Positions 18,494-28,022 of a stretch of 64,000 bases of DNA are shown here, piece by piece. A program made the translations under genes and the position numbers. The notes below the pieces were generated by a model. That model was not told the DNA's origin and searched no databases. It was given only the letters and a program-made list of their open reading frames with translations. How positions within the stretch are numbered: position 1 is the first letter of the stretch; every line of letters starts with the position of its first letter. The DNA lies in the IMG/VR virus record IMGVR_UViG_3300023184_000038, positions 79,666 through 143,665 of that record. The stretch is one strand, 5' to 3'. Source of the stretch: a virus.

Positions 18494-20035
18494 TCAATGC
18501 CTTAACAATAGAGTACTTAATACACCTGGATCGTTTGCACTAACATCCCCTTCACCGGGAGCAACAATAACATTGTACTTCATGCCAGTTGGAATTGAAT
18601 TTCTTTTGGACATGTATTCAGTATAACTTAATATACTTGATGCACTAATGCCGTATTCGTTTGCAATACGTTGTTTCATTTGAGCAAGAGCCTCAGGACT
18701 AGCAGGTTGCCATGCACCATCTGATGTCTTTTTCAAGTTACCCTTTTCATCCTTAGCCAACAAGTCATAAAATAGTTTTTCAGGCACTATACGACTATTC
18801 TTAGTTTTATCTAAGTTTGGATCTTGTGCCTTAATTTGTTTCTCTTGTGTAGTATTAGCACCTTCACTCCAATTGATAATAAAGTTAGGCGGCTTATTAG
18901 CCAATGCTGCTCCGGCCATCTTAGTGTAAGCATAGAATCTAACATCAGGATGTTTAGCAGCCATTTTCAATGCTAAATCTAAGTATTCTGGACTAAAGAA
19001 GTCACCAGCATCATGCCAGCGAACTGTTGTTTGCCAACCATTAGGGAATTTCTTATCACCCTTTGCTGCTGCTTGTGCCTCAACAGAGATTTCATTGCTT
19101 AGTTGATTAAAGAAACCATCTGGATCATTCAATAGATATGTTAGTATTCTTCCGTCACTTTGCCATGCTGCCTTAAATTGAATCTTACCGCCCTTCATGG
19201 CAAAGCACTCTACTTTACAAGAGCCAGCACCGGGACAAGTATTAACAACGATTAACTTATTGGTTTGTTCATCTAGTGCAATTCCTACTAATGCTGCGAA
19301 TCCAACATTAAAAAATTGTTCAAACTCTCCATTACTATGCTTCATCTTTTCATTTTGCTTTAGTAACGCTTTGGGACGAATTGCCAATGTTTGTTTAATT
19401 TTATCCTCATCATATGTTTGACCATCTGGACTTAAGTATGTAACTACACTACTACGATGGATGTAAGGCATTTTGTATTTGTCTGTTTTAGTTTTACCAG
19501 TAGTATACTTTTCGTTGCCTTTCTTATCTACTTTGATATTACCTGCTTTATCTAAGTCGGGTGTGCCAACGATACGTTTCATGTAGTCTTGAAACTCTTG
19601 GCTATCTAAATCACGAGTTTGTGCTGGCAGTTTGGTTGCTTCGTCTACATCTTTATACACACTACCTGCTTTATGTGCTGCATCAGTATAAGTACCGTGT
19701 AGTTTTTGTAACTGAGATAATGCTTTAGGTCCGTGAGTTTTTAAAATTTCAGCATATGCTTTGTCAGATGCTGCTTTGTTCGGGACTCTACCACCGCCGC
19801 CGTGATTTAAATAGGCTTTATGATATGCTGTCTTAGCATCAGATTCATTGATCTGTCCTAATCCAGATAGTTTACGAATTCTATCTAAGTGTTCTTGGCC
19901 TTCCGCCACACCTTCTTCTTCATCTGGCATATCACTTGCACTAGCAACAAATTGTTGGGGAGTCATAATTTTTATTCCCGATGGTGCGCCTGCTAAATTA
20001 GAATTAGTTGACTCTAATATATCATTTATTTTCAT
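18494..20035 (-). CDS. GP88-like (radical-SAM-related) domain protein with MKINDILE leader
   Basis: TCPGAGSCKVECFAMKG, VRWHDAGDFF, FYAYTK; start moved to ATG 20035 (GGAG RBS); late box at 20087-94. Confidence 0.65.
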   Translation of the reverse strand: MKINDILESTNSNLAGAPSGIKIMTPQQFVASASDMPDEEEGVAEGQEHLDRIRKLSGLGQINESDAKTAYHKAYLNHGGGGRVPNKAASDKAYAEILKTHGPKALSQLQKLHGTYTDAAHKAGSVYKDVDEATKLPAQTRDLDSQEFQDYMKRIVGTPDLDKAGNIKVDKKGNEKYTTGKTKTDKYKMPYIHRSSVVTYLSPDGQTYDEDKIKQTLAIRPKALLKQNEKMKHSNGEFEQFFNVGFAALVGIALDEQTNKLIVVNTCPGAGSCKVECFAMKGGKIQFKAAWQSDGRILTYLLNDPDGFFNQLSNEISVEAQAAAKGDKKFPNGWQTTVRWHDAGDFFSPEYLDLALKMAAKHPDVRFYAYTKMAGAALANKPPNFIINWSEGANTTQEKQIKAQDPNLDKTKNSRIVPEKLFYDLLAKDEKGNLKKTSDGAWQPASPEALAQMKQRIANEYGISASSILSYTEYMSKRNSIPTGMKYNVIVAPGEGDVSANDPGVLSTLLLRH

Positions 20036-20110
20036 ATGTCTCCGTAAATCATTTACTTTATTAGGCAAATATGCTATAATATACTATATTTATCACTACT
20101 GGCAATTCTT

Positions 20111-21145
20111 ATGACAAATAATCATATCAAACGTATTGGGTTTGCGTGTAAGTTTTCTGAAGTTAATACTAAAAACTTTGTAGTTAGTGTGCCTGAATTA
20201 AACACGGGCGGCACAACTTTAACTTGGTTAAAACGTCAAAAACAAGAAGTAGCAGAACAAAAATTGTGGGATACTATGGAAAAAAATATAACCCATACTC
20301 ATAATCTTGTAATGAAAGTTGGATCCCTTGTACCGGACCTCAGAATGGTTAGATTAACTAGCGATATGCTAACTGCATATACCCATCCTGATTGGGAATA
20401 TTTTTATAAACGCCATGATGTGATTACCCGTATGGAAGAATTATTCACTAAAGTGGGCAATTCTGCTAGAGAAAATGATGTTAGATTGTCTTTTCATCCG
20501 GGACAATTTACTGTTTTAGCAAGCGCAAGTGATGATATCATAAATAACAGTATTAAAGAGTTTGAATATCATGCGGATATGGCTCGTAGTATGGGGTATG
20601 GTAAACAGTTTCAAGACTTTAAAATCAATGTTCATATTTCAGGTAGACGAGGTCCGCAAGGAATCAAAGATGTAATGAAACGTCTAACCGTAGAAGCTAG
20701 AAATATGATTACTATTGAAAATGATGAAATGACATGGGGAATTGATTCAAGTATGGAATTGATAGATACTTGTGCATTGGTACTAGATATACATCATCAT
20801 TGGATTAAAACTGGAGAATATATTGAAAATAATGATGATCGTATTAAAAGGATTTGTGATAGTTGGCGTGGCGTGCGCCCTGTTATACATTACTCCGTTA
20901 GTCGTGATGACTTACTTGTTGGCCATTCCCGATTACAGCGCCCCGCTCTTTTTCCGTTAATGGAGTCCGGGCATAATAAACAAAAACTTAGAGCACATTC
21001 TGATTTTTATTGGAATGATGCAGTCAATGATTGGGCATTGACTCACTGGCAATGGGCGGATATTGTCTGTGAGAGCAAAGCAAAAAATCTTGCCTCATTT
21101 GCATTATATGAACTACGTAAGGATAAAGAATGTTCAACAAATTAA
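20111..21145 (+). CDS. uvsE: UV damage endonuclease
   Basis: IGFACK, RLSFHPGQFTVLAS, IENDE, LDIHHH, HYS, LRAHSD, ESKAKNLA. Confidence 0.93.
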   Translation: MTNNHIKRIGFACKFSEVNTKNFVVSVPELNTGGTTLTWLKRQKQEVAEQKLWDTMEKNITHTHNLVMKVGSLVPDLRMVRLTSDMLTAYTHPDWEYFYKRHDVITRMEELFTKVGNSARENDVRLSFHPGQFTVLASASDDIINNSIKEFEYHADMARSMGYGKQFQDFKINVHISGRRGPQGIKDVMKRLTVEARNMITIENDEMTWGIDSSMELIDTCALVLDIHHHWIKTGEYIENNDDRIKRICDSWRGVRPVIHYSVSRDDLLVGHSRLQRPALFPLMESGHNKQKLRAHSDFYWNDAVNDWALTHWQWADIVCESKAKNLASFALYELRKDKECSTN

Positions 21146-21591
21146 AAAATATATTTAGTAAATCTAAACCAGTCATCTCTACTGTAGAAACAATTCCTAG
21201 TAGTGTAACTTCAAGTATACCAAAAGAAAAAAGAAAAAGAAAGCCAAAAGAAAAAAAAGAAGAGAAAATTTTAAGTGCTAAAGAATTAGCCACTAGCAAC
21301 GGAGAACCATATGTTAACATTGTTAAAATGGATATTGATCATGATGATATTAATAGTGGTTCTGTAGAATTAGATTTCAATGACAAATTTGTTTTAAACT
21401 TAATTCGTGCAGGTTACAAAATAAAAACTACTGATACTGATAATGATATAGTTGATCGGTGGTGGATTGGACTGTGTAGGGCGACCGTACTGGAAACGTT
21501 TGATCAGGAAATGGGAGATCCAGATAAGAGAAACAGCTATCGTAATGTACGAACTAAAGATTTGGGTGATGGGCGTACAGAAGTCAGTTAA
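21130..21591 (+). CDS. Conserved hypothetical phage protein
   Basis: ORF overlapping uvsE; KELAT..GEPYV..ELDFND pattern. Confidence 0.65.
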   Translation: MFNKLKNIFSKSKPVISTVETIPSSVTSSIPKEKRKRKPKEKKEEKILSAKELATSNGEPYVNIVKMDIDHDDINSGSVELDFNDKFVLNLIRAGYKIKTTDTDNDIVDRWWIGLCRATVLETFDQEMGDPDKRNSYRNVRTKDLGDGRTEVS

Positions 21592-21620
21592 CAATTTGGT
21601 TAAGCACACTAAAAAAGTTG

Positions 21621-21649
21621 TTGACAATAAAGAAAAAACAGTGTATAAT
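21621..21649 (+). promoter_or_regulatory. Consensus sigma70 promoter, followed by leader hairpin
   Basis: TTGACA-17bp-TATAAT; ATTGTTAGACA/TGTTTAACAAT stem downstream. Confidence 0.8.
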
Positions 21650-21706
21650 ACACGCATTGTTAGACAATAGTGTTTAACAATAAAAAACTTTCTTAAGGAA
21701 AATAAA

Positions 21707-23020
21707 ATGGCAACAGTAAATGCAACCGCTGTAAAAACAGCAACAGCAAAAACAACCGCTAATAAAACTTCACTGACAGTATTGAATGGTCAATCTGTTG
21801 CTGTGGTAATTGCATCGGTACCCTCTGAAAAGACTAAACTAGTGTGGCGTCCAAACCGTCAGAAGGTAAATATTAGTCAATTAGATAATGTCTTGGCTAA
21901 GACTAAATCTCAATTAAAGAACAAAAATGTCGTTGACTTGACTAATGAAATTTCGGGTTACAAGAAGTTTCAAAATATTATTGCTTTCTTAAAGGCAAAC
22001 AACATTAAATTTAAGGTTGTAGACATACCTAAATTTGAGAATCACAAACTCCGTGCTTTAATCATCCCTGAGGAAGTACAACGTCTATTAGATAAACCTC
22101 ATTGTGCTAAAATCAGTAGCGGGTTTGATCCTCGCTTACTAAGCCCTATCTTTATTGTGCGACTGAAGGGCACTAATCAATTGCTGGTTATCGACAGTAT
22201 GCACACATTAACTGTAGTTGGTTCATTTGCAAAAGAAGGTATTTGGGATAACGTTCCTGCAGATTGGCTTGACTTTGAATATCCATGCTGGGTAGTAGAT
22301 ACTGACCAAGAGAGTTTTTCTCTATTGGCTGGTCTCTATCGTAACGGTGAAGGTTCTAAGCCTTGGGACGAATTTGACTATCATCGTGTTCATGTTCGTA
22401 GCTATCGTTTGTATGGGGACAATGGTCTTAATGACAAATACAAACTAGCTGCTGAGAAACAAACTCATTGTGAAAGTGAAGATACGATTCCAATGGCACC
22501 TAATCATCCTCATGCAGGTCGTGCCGGTACGTTGACTCATATCAAGGCTTTGACTAGCTTTACTGATGATGATATGGATAAATTCAAATTCATTATTTCA
22601 ACGAATAACAAATACTGGCATGGTTCAGAAGTGGACTCGCAAGCATTTGGTTTCTATGGTCACTTGTATGCAGGACTAATGAATGGCAACGTGCCTATGA
22701 AGGGTAAAGCGTTTGATGAATTCATGAAGAATATTCATGCTATCGTTAAAACTTTCTTTGTTGGGTTTCCTGAGTTGCGTAGCATCACCGCAGAAACACA
22801 CAAGGCATGGTTGAAGATTCAAGGCAAAGATGCAAAGACTCCACCTTATAACTGTGCATTAGCATTGGTACTTAAAATGTACAAGAAAATGCACGGTAAG
22901 CACTTGGTTACTACTGATGTAAGTGATTTCATTTATACACCAGCACCGGGAATCACGCATGATATCTATGATTCTCTTCCGCTGAATATTCGTCAGAATG
23001 TCGGTAACTACACTCTCTAA
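21707..23020 (+). CDS. ParB/DGQHR-like N-terminal domain protein
   Basis: VQRLLD...FDPRLLSPI...VIDSMHT resembles the QR...DGQH ParB-like core. Confidence 0.45.
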   Translation: MATVNATAVKTATAKTTANKTSLTVLNGQSVAVVIASVPSEKTKLVWRPNRQKVNISQLDNVLAKTKSQLKNKNVVDLTNEISGYKKFQNIIAFLKANNIKFKVVDIPKFENHKLRALIIPEEVQRLLDKPHCAKISSGFDPRLLSPIFIVRLKGTNQLLVIDSMHTLTVVGSFAKEGIWDNVPADWLDFEYPCWVVDTDQESFSLLAGLYRNGEGSKPWDEFDYHRVHVRSYRLYGDNGLNDKYKLAAEKQTHCESEDTIPMAPNHPHAGRAGTLTHIKALTSFTDDDMDKFKFIISTNNKYWHGSEVDSQAFGFYGHLYAGLMNGNVPMKGKAFDEFMKNIHAIVKTFFVGFPELRSITAETHKAWLKIQGKDAKTPPYNCALALVLKMYKKMHGKHLVTTDVSDFIYTPAPGITHDIYDSLPLNIRQNVGNYTL

Positions 23021-23450
23021 TCACGGGTGGTTCTATAACATTATCCAAGCACAAACTCTTGTGCTTGGATATGGTATTACACTCAGGGATCTACCCGTTG
23101 ACAGATTGTTAGAATATTCTAACCACGTTGCGGCTGCACAACAGTTTTGTAATTTATATTATGGTGATGTTCATCAGATTAAAGATTTAGAACGATACGT
23201 TAAAAAACAATGGGCAGAATATAGACTTGAACTAAGCAATGATAAACTAGAATGGTTAGATCCAGTACATGGAATTAACCTCAAGGATCTAGAAAATTTT
23301 GTTGCTGATAGAATCATCAATTACCCATATGACACTATCAGAAAAGTAAAGTCAAAGTTTCTCCCGTTTACTATTAATAACCCACTACTGTTCTCTAACA
23401 TCAATTCCAATCCTGATATGTTTTTGGAAGAGGTCAAGTTGACAAAATAA
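22998..23450 (+). CDS. Hypothetical protein coupled to ParB-like gene
   Basis: Overlapping ORF. Confidence 0.6.
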   Translation: MSVTTLSNHGWFYNIIQAQTLVLGYGITLRDLPVDRLLEYSNHVAAAQQFCNLYYGDVHQIKDLERYVKKQWAEYRLELSNDKLEWLDPVHGINLKDLENFVADRIINYPYDTIRKVKSKFLPFTINNPLLFSNINSNPDMFLEEVKLTK

Positions 23451-23467
23451 TTTTATTATGCTATACT
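23439..23467 (+). promoter_or_regulatory. sigma70 promoter for RNase H gene
   Basis: TTGACA-17bp-TATACT with extended TG. Confidence 0.75.
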
Positions 23468-23473
23468 ACTGAT

Positions 23474-24469
23474 ATGAAATACGCACTAATAGATACCGCA
23501 AATACCTTCTTCCGTGCTAGGCACATTGCATCACGCAATAGTACTGCGGAAGAAAAAGTAGCGATGGCCTTACATCTTACATTGGCTAGCACAAATCAAA
23601 TTGTGCGTAAGTTCCAAATTGACCATGTGGCTTTTTTATTGGAGGGAAAATCGTGGAGAAAATCCTACTATGCTCCGTATAAAAGGAATCGTGTTGTAGA
23701 TACAATGTCTCAAACAGAGGCAGAGGTTGAAGAAAACACCATGTTTTGGCAAACATATGACACCTTCACGACCTGGCTCAAAGAGAAGACAAACACAAGT
23801 GTCTTGCGTGATCCAAACGCTGAGGCTGATGACTTGATTGCACGTTTTATACACTTGCATCCAGAAGATGAACATTTCATTATCAGTAGCGATACTGACT
23901 TTCTACAATTAATTGGTCCAAACGTAAAACAGTACAACGGTATTACAAATGAATTAATTACACTTGAGGGCTACCTGAAGGATAATGGTAAGCCTGTATT
24001 AAATAAAGAAAAGAAACCTAAACTACTTGAGGATCCACAATATATACTATTCCGGAAATGCATGAGGGGAGATTCAACCGACAATGTGTTCAGTGCTTTT
24101 CCCGGGGTGCGTGAGAAAGGTAGCAAAAATAAAGTTGGATTGATTGAGGCATACGCTGATAGAACTAAGCAAGGCTATGCGTGGAACAATATGCAATTGC
24201 AGCATTGGCAGGACCACAATGGTGTGGAACACCGTGTGCGTGACGACTATGAACGAAATCGCAAATTAATTGATCTTACCGCTCAACCCGATGATATTAA
24301 ACTGTCAGTAGATACAAACATTCGTGAAGGTGTTCGTAGAACTACTACCCCGCAAGTTGGTATTCACTTGATGAAGTTTGCTGGAAAATATGAATTGAAT
24401 AAAATTGCTGATAATGCTGATACCTATGCAAGGTGGCTTAATAGCCCATATCAAGGAGTACTAAAATGA
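23474..24469 (+). CDS. rnh: 5'-3' exonuclease / T4 RNase H-like
   Basis: LIDTANTFFR, YKRNR, EADDLIA, SSDTDFLQL, GDSTDNV. Confidence 0.92.
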   Translation: MKYALIDTANTFFRARHIASRNSTAEEKVAMALHLTLASTNQIVRKFQIDHVAFLLEGKSWRKSYYAPYKRNRVVDTMSQTEAEVEENTMFWQTYDTFTTWLKEKTNTSVLRDPNAEADDLIARFIHLHPEDEHFIISSDTDFLQLIGPNVKQYNGITNELITLEGYLKDNGKPVLNKEKKPKLLEDPQYILFRKCMRGDSTDNVFSAFPGVREKGSKNKVGLIEAYADRTKQGYAWNNMQLQHWQDHNGVEHRVRDDYERNRKLIDLTAQPDDIKLSVDTNIREGVRRTTTPQVGIHLMKFAGKYELNKIADNADTYARWLNSPYQGVLK

Positions 24470-24485
24470 TTTTTGTAGTGGAAGC

Positions 24486-24731
24486 ATGAACGAAGTACAG
24501 TACAAAGCACATGAAGAATGGGCCAAGCAGAGAGTAGAAATTGCCGAGCGTGAGACAGATCAGGCTTTGCATTTGGTTGCAATGGCGCATTTGAATTTAA
24601 TACAACATCTCAATTACGGGTTTGACCCAAAGACTGCACATAGCACCTTGATCAGTGTGGGTCAAATATACCCTAAACTAAAAGTAAAGATGGATGAATT
24701 AACTTGGGAATTAGAGAATAAAAACGTTTGA
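24486..24731 (+). CDS. Hypothetical protein
   Basis: ORF. Confidence 0.55.
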   Translation: MNEVQYKAHEEWAKQRVEIAERETDQALHLVAMAHLNLIQHLNYGFDPKTAHSTLISVGQIYPKLKVKMDELTWELENKNV

Positions 24732-24816
24732 TATTGGCACAAGATAATTTGACCAAACTTCTTGTTTTATATCCTAAAATGATATATAATAGTAGAATAT
24801 TATAAGGAGAACTATC

Positions 24817-25659
24817 ATCGCACAACATACACACTACTGGAGTTGCAGTCCTTTTGCAGATTGGATTCGTGGTACTAAAAAACTTAGTTCCGGAACAACC
24901 GAAGAATGGGATAACTGGACAACTCGGGCTCAAATAAAACACAATTTTCGCTACTGGTTGGCTGAGGAAGCACTTGGACATATCCAAGATTTTGTAACAT
25001 GGCCTGTAAGGACTCTATATGATATCAAATACTACATTAACAACCGTTGGGTTACTCGTACTAATAGTCTTACCGCTCATCCCCGGGATATTAAGCCGGG
25101 TAAATGGCAGGACGTGGGGAACCGCTTTTTGCCTTGCCTATTCAATGAGTTGGTGGATTTTGTTGAGATAGAAACTGCATGGAGCCACATTGCTTGGGGT
25201 AGTAAAGAAGATCGTGCTAAATATAATCCTCCATTCTATGCTACGGGTTGGTTCCGTTGGAGAACATGGCGTAGTCCTCAAGCCGGACTAGATCATCTTG
25301 ATTGGGCAATGACACTTACTAATGTAGAATGGTTAGCCGAAGATAAAAAAGGTGAGGCAGTGCTAACCAGTCAGGCAATTTCAGCAAAAGAAATCAAAGA
25401 ACTTTATATATGGTGGACCACTGTATATCACAATCGTCCAGATCCTATGGATGCAAGTGGTTGGAGTGATCACTGTGAAGCCATGCGGTTGAAATTTCCC
25501 GGCAGTTTCTTTTCCAGTTTAAACAGTAAAGATCCAGAAGATAAAAAAGCCAGTGATAAAGCGCATAAACTTATGCAAAAAATTGAAAAAGCCTACGAAA
25601 AAGAAGATACTGAAATGCTGATTCGTTTAATTAAAGCCAGAGATAGTTTGTGGACTTGA
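24817..25659 (+). CDS. Trp-rich hypothetical protein, probable non-canonical ATC start
   Basis: Frame open from 24817 with AGGAG 7 nt upstream; ORF track starts only at TTG 24958. Confidence 0.6.
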   Translation: MAQHTHYWSCSPFADWIRGTKKLSSGTTEEWDNWTTRAQIKHNFRYWLAEEALGHIQDFVTWPVRTLYDIKYYINNRWVTRTNSLTAHPRDIKPGKWQDVGNRFLPCLFNELVDFVEIETAWSHIAWGSKEDRAKYNPPFYATGWFRWRTWRSPQAGLDHLDWAMTLTNVEWLAEDKKGEAVLTSQAISAKEIKELYIWWTTVYHNRPDPMDASGWSDHCEAMRLKFPGSFFSSLNSKDPEDKKASDKAHKLMQKIEKAYEKEDTEMLIRLIKARDSLWT

Positions 25660-25660
25660 T

Positions 25661-26110
25661 ATGAAAAAGATATACTATGAAAAGATTGGGCGCAGGTATG
25701 TCCCTGTTAGTGAATACAACAGTGAATACTTTGACAGTTTTTCAAAAGGCAATCATTTGGTCATGTGCTATCCCGGCGGGCAAAGTCGTAGATACAACAT
25801 TGACCCTAACTATGCTGCTATGATTGCTGCAGGAAGAGTAGCCGCGGATGAAATTACTCGTGCTATACACCTGGCTAGTGAACTTAAACCGCAATCAACT
25901 CCTATCACTGAAGGTCAGCGTAAGGCTTGGAATAAATTATCTAAAGAGTTTGGCGATGACCGGTTTGCTTTGCAGCATGGTAGTGCCAGAGATTTAGCAG
26001 AAGCTGGGGTGAATACTATGATGATAGAAGCAGATAAATTAATGACTAACCCTGCTGTAAAGAAAGCCTACGACCATTTCTTATTAGTTGCTGAATTAAC
26101 AAAGGATTAA
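25661..26110 (+). CDS. Hypothetical protein
   Basis: ORF in operon. Confidence 0.65.
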   Translation: MKKIYYEKIGRRYVPVSEYNSEYFDSFSKGNHLVMCYPGGQSRRYNIDPNYAAMIAAGRVAADEITRAIHLASELKPQSTPITEGQRKAWNKLSKEFGDDRFALQHGSARDLAEAGVNTMMIEADKLMTNPAVKKAYDHFLLVAELTKD

Positions 26111-26112
26111 AA

Positions 26113-26469
26113 ATGACTACTCAAATACCTGTACAGGGAATCATGTTAGATGCTGACTATGGCCAAAGCAAATCTTACACTATTGCTTGCGATTGTCACG
26201 ACGGTGATCATCAGGTGCATATGTGGATAGAACTAGATAGTGAACAAGATATTAACTTGGTTAATATGACATTCTATGTCAACACCACTACTCCATTTTG
26301 GAAACAAGGGTTTAGTCGTTTTAAAGCTGCATGGGATATTCTTGTACACGGATATAGAGAAGATCAACACACATTACTATTAAGCAAACAAGCAGCATTG
26401 AATGTTGCAAATACCATTACTCAAGTGGTAAAGGAGTTAGAAACTCATGACAACTCTAAAAATGAATAA
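26113..26469 (+). CDS. Hypothetical protein (CDCH motif)
   Basis: ORF with RBS. Confidence 0.65.
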   Translation: MTTQIPVQGIMLDADYGQSKSYTIACDCHDGDHQVHMWIELDSEQDINLVNMTFYVNTTTPFWKQGFSRFKAAWDILVHGYREDQHTLLLSKQAALNVANTITQVVKELETHDNSKNE

Positions 26470-26647
26470 TCTATGCTGCCAACTACCAAAATCATATTCG
26501 GAAGAGTATGATTGTTACTTTTGCGAATCGTGTAATACATGGTCAGAAGATAAGTGTGATGATATCAACTGTGAATATTGTATTAATAGACCAGTATTTC
26601 CAAACGACTATCATCACGTTCAGGTAAACAAAGGAGTAGAATCATGA
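26447..26647 (+). CDS. Cys-rich small protein (possible zinc ribbon)
   Basis: CESC..C.D.NCEYC. Confidence 0.55.
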   Translation: MTTLKMNNLCCQLPKSYSEEYDCYFCESCNTWSEDKCDDINCEYCINRPVFPNDYHHVQVNKGVES

Positions 26648-27039
26648 TTAATTCAGAAGAATTAAGTGAATTAGCCAAAGCAACCATAGCAGCGAGTATA
26701 TGGAGACCAGACAGTGTTACAGATGAGCCGGAAGTTAAGCTATCACAATGGAGAGTATACTTAGTAAAAGCTGATATAGACTCTACAGGAGATACTATTC
26801 ATTTTGTGGGGGCTGCGGGATATCGCTATAGTGAGGGCAGGGTATGTAGTCCGGTACAGACATATGACCCTACTACCAAAAAAGGTATAACCCGTAGCGG
26901 CAGAATATATGAATTAGTTGGGCCATCTGGACACAATCGTGATGCATTGTATGTATGGAATCGTTGGTTAGCCAGATTTAATCCAATTCCAGAAATAGTT
27001 GATTTGACTGACACATACAGTAATAACAGTAATGCCTAG
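26644..27039 (+). CDS. Conserved hypothetical protein
   Basis: HFVG..EGRVCS..TRSGRIYELVG motif. Confidence 0.65.
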   Translation: MINSEELSELAKATIAASIWRPDSVTDEPEVKLSQWRVYLVKADIDSTGDTIHFVGAAGYRYSEGRVCSPVQTYDPTTKKGITRSGRIYELVGPSGHNRDALYVWNRWLARFNPIPEIVDLTDTYSNNSNA

Positions 27040-27280
27040 TCTAGCAGAATATTTTGAAAAAAATAGATATAAATCTAAATTTGAATTTATGGCTAGGGTA
27101 ACTGGATTACATAATAAAATTAGATGGGTTGGCAGTGTGGGTAACGATACGATTATTAGTGAAGCCGAAGGCCCGGTCTTACATATTTTATTAGATTTGC
27201 CATTAAAAATTAATGGAGTATATCAATATATTTTAGTAACTAAACATACAACCGTTAAACGATTAATAGAAATAAAATGA
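27032..27280 (+). CDS. Hypothetical protein
   Basis: ORF in operon. Confidence 0.6.
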   Translation: MPSLAEYFEKNRYKSKFEFMARVTGLHNKIRWVGSVGNDTIISEAEGPVLHILLDLPLKINGVYQYILVTKHTTVKRLIEIK

Positions 27281-27567
27281 TTAATTTTAATTTTCATATA
27301 ACAAATCCTTTTAGTAAAAGGTGGGATATACTTAGTAGTAAGCATGGCAATATAACCAAAAATAAAGCATGGGAGATAAACAGTTATGCTACCTCTGCAA
27401 TACTATCTGTAACTTTTGAAGTTTTAATGTGTTCTGACCATGCAGGGATACGTTTACAATTTGGATTACTAGGATATGAGATAGAATTACATATATATGA
27501 TTCTCGGCATTGGAACTATACTACCAACACTTGGGAAACTGAGGCAACATTAAAGGAATATAAATGA
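27277..27567 (+). CDS. Hypothetical protein
   Basis: ORF in operon. Confidence 0.6.
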   Translation: MINFNFHITNPFSKRWDILSSKHGNITKNKAWEINSYATSAILSVTFEVLMCSDHAGIRLQFGLLGYEIELHIYDSRHWNYTTNTWETEATLKEYK

Positions 27568-28019
27568 CAAAAAACGCATTAATAGCCAAGCCTATTGTTA
27601 AGAATCAATTTTGGATTATTACCAATGGTAAAGAAAAAGTAGGAAATGTACTAGCAAACGGATCCGGATTTGAATTGAAACTTAACGGTAATAAAACTCA
27701 ATTTAAAAATACAAATGCTATTGCTAAAAAGGCAAATATTGAATTCACCTCATCAAAAATTAATAAGGTATCTTCAGAAGTTAAATTCTCTAAATATCCC
27801 ACAACTAACCGGGTGTTTAATTCTATATTAGATATTAAAAGAAAACTGCATATATATACTAAAACACAAAAAAGTAAATGTTATTATGCAGCCGGATGGT
27901 ATTCTATTAAACAAAACACAGAATATACTACTATATTCTGTCCAAAATATATTTTTATACAAAGATATCCATATTATGGCCCGTTTATGAATGCTGATGA
28001 TGTAAAAATTGATAAATAA
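27564..28019 (+). CDS. Conserved hypothetical phage protein
   Basis: ORF in operon. Confidence 0.65.
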   Translation: MTKNALIAKPIVKNQFWIITNGKEKVGNVLANGSGFELKLNGNKTQFKNTNAIAKKANIEFTSSKINKVSSEVKFSKYPTTNRVFNSILDIKRKLHIYTKTQKSKCYYAAGWYSIKQNTEYTTIFCPKYIFIQRYPYYGPFMNADDVKIDK

Positions 28020-28022
28020 TTG

